A DNA stretch of 64,000 nucleotides from Planctomycetota bacterium (GTDB lineage: Bacteria > Planctomycetota > Phycisphaerae > FEN-1346). Location: assembly GCA_030602705.1 (NCBI GenBank), contig JAUVZF010000012.1, positions 805 through 64,804 on the forward strand, in the 5' to 3' direction. The translations under genes were made by a program, and so were the position numbers. Below the pieces are notes generated by a model. It was not told the DNA's origin. It ran no database searches and saw only the letters and a program-made list of their open reading frames with translations. Positions 58,960 through 64,000 of this stretch are shown in pieces (the first letter of the stretch is position 1; each line of letters opens with the position of its first letter).

Positions 58960-59070
58960 AACGGGAATAGAGGCAACTGACTCGCCGCGCACGTAAGCGG
59001 CTCGCAGGGGTCACTCGCGTTCGAGGCGAATAGAGGCAACTCTAGCCGCGCACGTAAGTAAGCGGCGCGC
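58960..59070. repeat. Two ~36-bp direct repeats (GAATAGAGGCAACT..GCCGCGCACGTAAG..GCGGC) in adh upstream region / islet boundary
   Basis: gaatagaggcaactgactcgccgcgcacgtaagcggc and gaatagaggcaactctagccgcgcacgtaagtaagcggc, 64 bp apart. Confidence 0.6.
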
Positions 59071-59098
59071 GTGGAAGCCCGCCCTTGAACTTTGAACT

Positions 59099-59308
59099 CT
59101 ACTCCGGCCGGACGATCTCGTAGCCGTGCTCGATGAGCCAATGGTGAAACTCGTAGGTCGTATGGATGCACCTGGTTTTGCAGATGCCGCGGACCTGCTC
59201 GTGCTCGTCGGACCCCTCGTCGCACTTATCGAGTTGCCGCTGGATCGCGCACCGGATGTCCTTGCAATATTCGCGGCGCCGGTAGTCCACGTAACCGGGG
59301 ACGGTCAT
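59099..59308 (-). CDS. Small Cys-containing hypothetical protein (69 aa)
   Basis: ATG at 59308 with GGGAGA RBS. MTVPGYVDYRRREYCKDIRCAIQRQLDKCDEGSDEHEQVRGICKTRCIHTTYEFHHWLIEHGYEIVRPE. Low-GC. Divergent from the ImmA-HTH gene. Confidence 0.4.
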   Translation of the reverse strand: MTVPGYVDYRRREYCKDIRCAIQRQLDKCDEGSDEHEQVRGICKTRCIHTTYEFHHWLIEHGYEIVRPE

Positions 59309-59538
59309 GGTTTTTCTCCCTTCCGCGAGCGTCGGCCATGATAGGCGAGCGGTGCGCGCCTCGCCATACAAAAGCCCCGCGCGGCGATGGGGAAAATCGC
59401 TTGATTTTGGTTGCTGGATTTGCCGTATTGTTTTATGGGTAAGGGGCACGCCGTTAGGCACGGTTCGCTACCTGCGGCCCCCGTGTAACTTAGACGGCAA
59501 TCGCGTGAGAGAGAAAGCAGGACTGTGAAGGGGTTCGT

Positions 59539-60711
59539 ATGCCCGCCAGGAGTCCAGTCGTCGAGATAAGCCCTGCCGTCTTGAGGTGGGCCAGGGAGAG
59601 CGCCGGCGTTGCCCTGGACCAGGTTGCGAAAAGGCTGAACACCAGTGTGGAAACGGTCAAGAGATGGGAAACCGGTGAGAAACGCCCTACTCTTCGCACG
59701 CTGGAGGACTTGGCCGCGTTCTTCAAGCGCCCTCTGGCGGCCTTCTTCTTACCAGAGCCCCCACAGGAACCGCCCGTCCCGACAGACTTCCGTGTCCTTC
59801 CCGAAAAGCAGCGTGTGCCCTTGTCGAGAAAAACGCGCCTCGCGATACGGAGGACCCAGAGGCTGCAGAGACTGGCTGGCGATTTGCTGGAGGAGATGGA
59901 CCTCGCAAAGGAGTCTCGTATCGGGCGGGCGAATCTTCGCGCCAGTCCCGAGCGACTGGCAGAGAGAGAACGGAAGCGGCTTGGGATAAGCCTGCAGCAG
60001 CAGTCCAGGTGGAGAGACCGGCGCGAAGCGTTTCGGACATGGCGGCTTGCCCTCGAAGGCCTGGGCCTGCTTGTGTTCCGCTTCCGCATGCCTCTAGCGG
60101 AAACCAGGGGCTTCTCCCTGACGGACAACGAGCCGCAGGCCATCGTCGCCAACAGCCAGGATCGCCTCAACCCACAGATCTTCACTCTATTCCATGAATA
60201 CGCGCACGTGTTGCTCCACAGCGGCGGGTTGTGCCTCTGGCATGAGGCGTTGGGTGCAGACACCACACCAACCGAGACGTTCTGCAACCATTTCGCCGGT
60301 GCCCTCTTGGTGCCCAGCGACGCCCTGCCGCAGCACAAGGTGCTGAGAAGCCATCGCGACATGGCGAGCCTTAGTGAGAATGGCTTGGCGCAGATCGCAG
60401 CCACGTTTGGTGTGAGCAAACACGTCATCTGGCGACGCATGCAGGTAACGGGTTTGGTTTCCCGGAAAGCCTATAGGACTAGGTTGGCGCGTTGGGAGCG
60501 AGTGCCAACAAGGCCGCCGCCAAAACACGGGCGCGGTCCTTCTCCTGCGCAGCGTTCCGTCGGCGAGAGGGGACACAGATTCACCACGCTCGTCCTGGAC
60601 GCCAGAGATCGCGGAATCATCACCTACAGGGACGTTTCCGACTACCTCTCCGTGAGGCTACGACATCTCAAGAAAGTGGAGTCTCTGGTCGCAGGAAGAA
60701 GCAGTCGATGA
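59539..60711 (+). CDS. HTH_XRE-family regulator fused to ImmA/IrrE-family zinc metallopeptidase (COG2856-like)
   Basis: N-terminal Xre HTH (LDQVAKRLNTSVETVKRWETGEKRPTLRTLEDLAAFF). C-terminal HExxH (FTLFHEYAHVLLH). Confidence 0.75.
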   Translation: MPARSPVVEISPAVLRWARESAGVALDQVAKRLNTSVETVKRWETGEKRPTLRTLEDLAAFFKRPLAAFFLPEPPQEPPVPTDFRVLPEKQRVPLSRKTRLAIRRTQRLQRLAGDLLEEMDLAKESRIGRANLRASPERLAERERKRLGISLQQQSRWRDRREAFRTWRLALEGLGLLVFRFRMPLAETRGFSLTDNEPQAIVANSQDRLNPQIFTLFHEYAHVLLHSGGLCLWHEALGADTTPTETFCNHFAGALLVPSDALPQHKVLRSHRDMASLSENGLAQIAATFGVSKHVIWRRMQVTGLVSRKAYRTRLARWERVPTRPPPKHGRGPSPAQRSVGERGHRFTTLVLDARDRGIITYRDVSDYLSVRLRHLKKVESLVAGRSSR

Positions 60712-61241
60712 CCGAATCGACAGTATACTGCATCGATTCGAGCGCACTGATCGATCTTAAGCAGCTCTATCCGGTCGGGACCTTCCCGGGACTCTGGCAC
60801 GAGATGAGCAACATGGTGAAGGAGGAAAGGCTGATCGCTCCCAGAGAGGTCTTGAAGGAGGTAGAAGGCGACCCCGACCTTAAGCCGTGGCTCAGGCAAA
60901 ACAAGAGGATGTTCGTTACTCTGAGCGCCGAGCAACTTGCCATCGTCAGGGATGTCCTCCGGCAGTTCCCCCGTCTCGTGGATGCGGCCAAAGAGACTCC
61001 GGACGCCGACCCGTTTATCATAACCCTTGCCATATCGAAGAACCGCGAGCCTCCAGATCTTCTTGGTGTCCGCAAGTGCGTTGTACTCACTTGCGAGAAA
61101 CTGAGCAATACGCCCACCCCAAAGATTCCCAACGTGTGCCAGCACTATCAAGTGGAGTGCCTTGCAGGTTCGACTGCCCTAACGGAGTTCTTCCGTGCGG
61201 AAGGATGGGAGTTCTGGAACACGTCTCGCAACCCGAGCTGA
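60708..61241 (+). CDS. DUF4411-family protein (PIN-like nuclease fold predicted)
   Basis: ATGA overlap with the upstream gene. VYCIDSSALIDL N-terminal acidic motif and later DADPFIITLA resemble PIN-domain conserved Asp positions. Confidence 0.6.
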   Translation: MTESTVYCIDSSALIDLKQLYPVGTFPGLWHEMSNMVKEERLIAPREVLKEVEGDPDLKPWLRQNKRMFVTLSAEQLAIVRDVLRQFPRLVDAAKETPDADPFIITLAISKNREPPDLLGVRKCVVLTCEKLSNTPTPKIPNVCQHYQVECLAGSTALTEFFRAEGWEFWNTSRNPS

Positions 61242-61340
61242 TTCTCACTATCTAACCGCGCGAAAATCGCTTGCATTCCCCCGCCGGCTGTGGCGTACTG
61301 CACGCGCTGTGAACGCCTGAGCCGCGAAAGGACACGCACT

Positions 61341-62090
61341 ATGGCCATTCCGATCGCACTCCAACTCTACTCCGTGCGTGCCGATTGCGAGAAGGACCTG
61401 GCGGCCGTCCTCGACGCCGTCGCGGAGATGGGGTACGAGGGCGTTGAGTTCTCCGGGTACTACGACCGTGGCGCCGAGGAACTGCGGCAGATGCTCGATG
61501 CGCGCGGCCTCCTTTGCTGCGGCACGCACACGCGGATCGACACGCTCCTGGGCGACGCCCTGGCCGAGACGATCGCCTTCAACAAGACCCTCGGCAACCC
61601 GTACCTCATCGTGCCGTGTCTGCCTGAGGAGCGGCGGAGCAGCCGCCGCGCCTGGCTCGAGACGGCCGATCTGTTCAACGACCTGGCCGAGCAGGTTGCA
61701 CCGGAGGGCATGAAGGTCGGTTACCACAACCACACCGTCGAGTTCACCGAGATGGACGGCGAACTGCCGTGGGACACGTTCTTCGGCAACACCCTTCCCG
61801 AGGTCATCATGCAGTTGGACGTGGGCAACGCCGCCCACGGCGGCGGCGACGCGCCGACGTTCCTCAAGAAGTACCCCGGCCGCGCGGCCACCGTCCACCT
61901 CAAGCCCTACTCCGCCACCAACCCGCAGGCCCTCATCGGCGAAGACGACCTGCCGTGGCAGGAGATCTTCGACCTGTGCGCCGGCGTCGGCGGCACCGAG
62001 TGGTACATCGTGGAGTACGAGGTGTCTGGCGCGGCGGCCCTGGAGGCCGTCGAGAAGTGCCTCCGGGCCCTGGGCGGCATGGGCAAGTGA
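61341..62090 (+). CDS. Sugar phosphate isomerase/epimerase (xylose isomerase-like TIM barrel)
   Basis: LQLYSVR, GYEGVEFSGY, HNH..EF, and LDVGN motifs typical of this family. Confidence 0.7.
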   Translation: MAIPIALQLYSVRADCEKDLAAVLDAVAEMGYEGVEFSGYYDRGAEELRQMLDARGLLCCGTHTRIDTLLGDALAETIAFNKTLGNPYLIVPCLPEERRSSRRAWLETADLFNDLAEQVAPEGMKVGYHNHTVEFTEMDGELPWDTFFGNTLPEVIMQLDVGNAAHGGGDAPTFLKKYPGRAATVHLKPYSATNPQALIGEDDLPWQEIFDLCAGVGGTEWYIVEYEVSGAAALEAVEKCLRALGGMGK

Positions 62091-62149
62091 GCAGCCCTGT
62101 TATTGAGGCCTGTATTAGCAACATTCCACGTGCCGGCGAGATGCTGGCC

Positions 62150-63418
62150 TCATTGCTTCGCCTCGGGTGCGCCGGCCAGGTCGCGTACGTACACGTTCGC
62201 GAAGTCGATCGGGCCGCCGGGGACGATGCGGATCGGGCCGCGGGCCGGGACGCCCGCGACGGGCCGCTCCTTGAACAGTTCGTGCCCGTTGAGGCTGAGC
62301 GTGAGCCGGTCGCCGCGCAGCGTGCCCTCGAAGCGGTTCCAACTGCCGGTCTTGCCCAGGTGCTTGGCCATGAGCGAATCGTCGGGGTCGATAACGACCG
62401 CCGCCTTCTCCGAGCCGCGCAGGAGAACGCGGGTGATCTTCGACCCGTCGCGCCGGCGGACGTCGAAGATGAAGCCGAAGTCACCGAAGACCCGCTCGGT
62501 CGCGATCGAGGTGTCGGCCGCAGACGACTTGCCGTCGTAGCGGAAGGTCCAGTTGCCGGACTTCCAGTGGCCCTGATTCTCCTTGGCGGTGACCCATCCG
62601 GACAGATCGACGCCCGTGTAGAGGCAGCGGAATCCGCGGTCGGCGGTGGCGACGTGCTTCGGGTCGACGGGCGTCGCCGGCAGTTCCTTGATGCGCAGGT
62701 TGCGGTAGTGGACGAGCCCGCCCTCAGACTCCAGGCAGATGTAGCCCTTGCGAGGGATGCAGTCCTTGCCGCGCGTCACCACCTTGCCGTTGACGGCCAG
62801 CGAGACGGCCCCGTCCTGGCAGGTGATGCGGTAGTGGTTCCACTGTGGGCTGGGCTTGGAGCGTTCTTCGGTGGGGAACGCGCGGCTGCCGCCGCGGCCG
62901 TTGATAGGCGTCATCTTCGCGCCGTGGATGGGGAAGATGTCGCCGTGCGTGGTGAACCAGTTGGCCTTGCCGTAGGCGTTCTCCAGCACCTGCACCTCGA
63001 TGCTGCGGTGAAACGGCACGCCGCGGGCGGTGATGTCGTCGGCCCATATGAACACGCCCGCGTTGCCCTTCGGCCGCATGTGCCGCCACTCCAATTCGAG
63101 GATGAAGTTCTGGTACATGCGGTCCGTGCGGAGTTCGCCGGTGGGCTTGCCCGAACAGATGATCATGGCGTCCCGGACCGTCCAGGTCGACGGGGCGGTG
63201 TTGACGGGGACCCATCCGGCCAGGTCTTTGCCGTTGAACAGGGGGCGGAACCCCTCTTCGCCCTTCTCGGCCCCCGCGGCAGCGAGGGGAAGGGCCAGAA
63301 GCAGCATCAGGATCCGGCACGCCTTAACAAGCGGCCCCCTGTTCGTCCGGAGCCGGTCAGGAAACGCAAACAGGCCCCGTGCCGCCACGCCGGCGACGTC
63401 TGAAAATGATGTTGTCAT
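62150..63418 (-). CDS. Secreted protein with two DUF1080 (3-keto-disaccharide hydrolase-like) domains
   Basis: ATG at 63418 with AAGGAGAAG RBS. Two repeats of FxxLFNGKDLxGW...W....L.YRN. The upstream 119 codons of ORF 62150..63775 read through repeats and are rejected. Confidence 0.7.
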   Translation of the reverse strand: MTTSFSDVAGVAARGLFAFPDRLRTNRGPLVKACRILMLLLALPLAAAGAEKGEEGFRPLFNGKDLAGWVPVNTAPSTWTVRDAMIICSGKPTGELRTDRMYQNFILELEWRHMRPKGNAGVFIWADDITARGVPFHRSIEVQVLENAYGKANWFTTHGDIFPIHGAKMTPINGRGGSRAFPTEERSKPSPQWNHYRITCQDGAVSLAVNGKVVTRGKDCIPRKGYICLESEGGLVHYRNLRIKELPATPVDPKHVATADRGFRCLYTGVDLSGWVTAKENQGHWKSGNWTFRYDGKSSAADTSIATERVFGDFGFIFDVRRRDGSKITRVLLRGSEKAAVVIDPDDSLMAKHLGKTGSWNRFEGTLRGDRLTLSLNGHELFKERPVAGVPARGPIRIVPGGPIDFANVYVRDLAGAPEAKQ

Positions 63419-63599
63419 GTCTTCTCCTTGTCTTTGTGATCGGGGTTCTTTGCGCCATCCGCGAGCGGTCCTGCGCGACAGGCCCAGGCCCGTTGCGGCA
63501 GACCACGATACCGCGCGATACCGGCCCTCTTGTAGCATCAAACGCGGCCACTTCGCAAGCCTCCTCGCCGCCGGCTCATCTCGCCTGGTGTGACCACGG

Positions 63600-63652
63600 A
63601 TTATGGCAGGCGTCGCGCCGTCAGGCAAAAAGGTTCCAGGAACCTTTTCCCG
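63600..63652. mobile_element. MITE-like element family A (left half only)
   Basis: ggattatggcaggcgtcgcgccgtcaggcaaaaaggttccaggaaccttttccc, same flank+core as 42383-42430. Confidence 0.65.
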
Positions 63653-63654
63653 TG

Positions 63655-64000
63655 CGGCACGGCAGCCCACCGGGCGGCCGTGTTGGGCGCTTGGCGCACA
63701 CGGCCGCTGCTTCGCCGCTGCCGTGCCACCCTCCTGGCTGGGTAGCCCACCCTCCTGGCCGGGTGGCACGGCCACGCGCAGCGTGACCGTGTGCTACTCG
63801 GCGCGACGTGACCCACGGCCGCGTCTTCGCCGCTGCCGTGCCACCCTGCTGGCCGTGCAGCCCACCCTCCTGGCCGGGTAGCCCACCCTCCTGGCCGGGT
63901 GGCACGGCCACGCGCAGCGTGACCGTGTGCTACTCGGCGCGATGCGGACCACGGCCGCTGCTTCGCCGCTGCCGTGCCACCCTGCTGGCCGTGCAGCCCA
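63655..64000. repeat. REP-like family C array (continues beyond window end)
   Basis: Repeated ..ccgtgccaccctcctggccgggtggcacggccacgcgcagcgtgaccgtgtgctactcggcgcga.. units. Confidence 0.75.

Noticed and set aside
62150-63775. 541-aa ORF for the DUF1080 protein
   Set aside because: The first 119 codons (MAVPPGQEGGLPSQEGGTAAAK...) are translated from REP-like/MITE repeats. Internal ATG at 63418 with AAGGAGAAG RBS accepted instead.
1-64000. tRNA/rRNA genes
   Set aside because: Intergenic regions were inspected for T-arm GGTTCGAATCC-like motifs and cloverleaf potential, and none was convincing. Without a covariance-model scan (tRNAscan-SE/Infernal) absence cannot be proven.

Overview
High-GC (roughly 65-70% by eye) bacterial chromosomal segment. 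Abundant Tat-signal sulfatases, DUF1080 proteins, glycoside hydrolases, a PEP-CTERM protein and ECF sigma/anti-sigma pairs suggest a Planctomycetota/PVC-type genome; this is an inference, not a database result.

Housekeeping and metabolic content:
- a porGDAB pyruvate:ferredoxin oxidoreductase operon (5' partial at the window edge)
- ribF, pcm, Fe/Mn SOD, thiE, xylB, hypF-hypC-hypD, apbE
- two sulfatases, two aldo/keto reductases, sugar-phosphate isomerases, glycoside hydrolases, a tetraheme cytochrome c
- an ECF sigma / anti-sigma pair

Accessory content:
1. A minus-strand RHS/YD-repeat polymorphic-toxin locus at 30.4-35.7 kb. It holds one N-terminally truncated rhs core+toxin gene, its lipoprotein immunity gene, one intact orphan toxin/immunity cassette and a degraded third toxin remnant. 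The orphan cassettes are separated by a conserved ~60-bp junction repeat, and the main gene's 5' end is replaced by a MITE-like element.
2. A lower-GC two-gene cassette at 24.8-26.7 kb: a Gp37/Gp68-like three-Cys protein plus its TcmP-like partner. The pair is recognised but functionally uncharacterised.
3. A low-GC islet at 59.1-61.25 kb with a divergent small Cys protein, an HTH_XRE-ImmA/IrrE metallopeptidase and a translationally coupled DUF4411 (PIN-like) protein. This is a conditional-toxin / abortive-infection-like module.
4. Three dispersed repeat families: a palindromic ~95-bp MITE, a paired-hairpin ~97-bp unit in tandem arrays, and a GGTGGCACGGCCACGCGCAGCGTGACCGTG REP-like element in arrays.
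5. A duplicated Tat-signal isomerase-like gene pair, one copy frameshifted in its signal peptide.

No rRNA, tRNA or CRISPR array could be supported. The best candidates for an uncharacterised system are the TcmP/three-Cys pair and the ImmA-HTH/DUF4411 islet. The RHS cassette array with its junction repeat is the most structurally unusual region.
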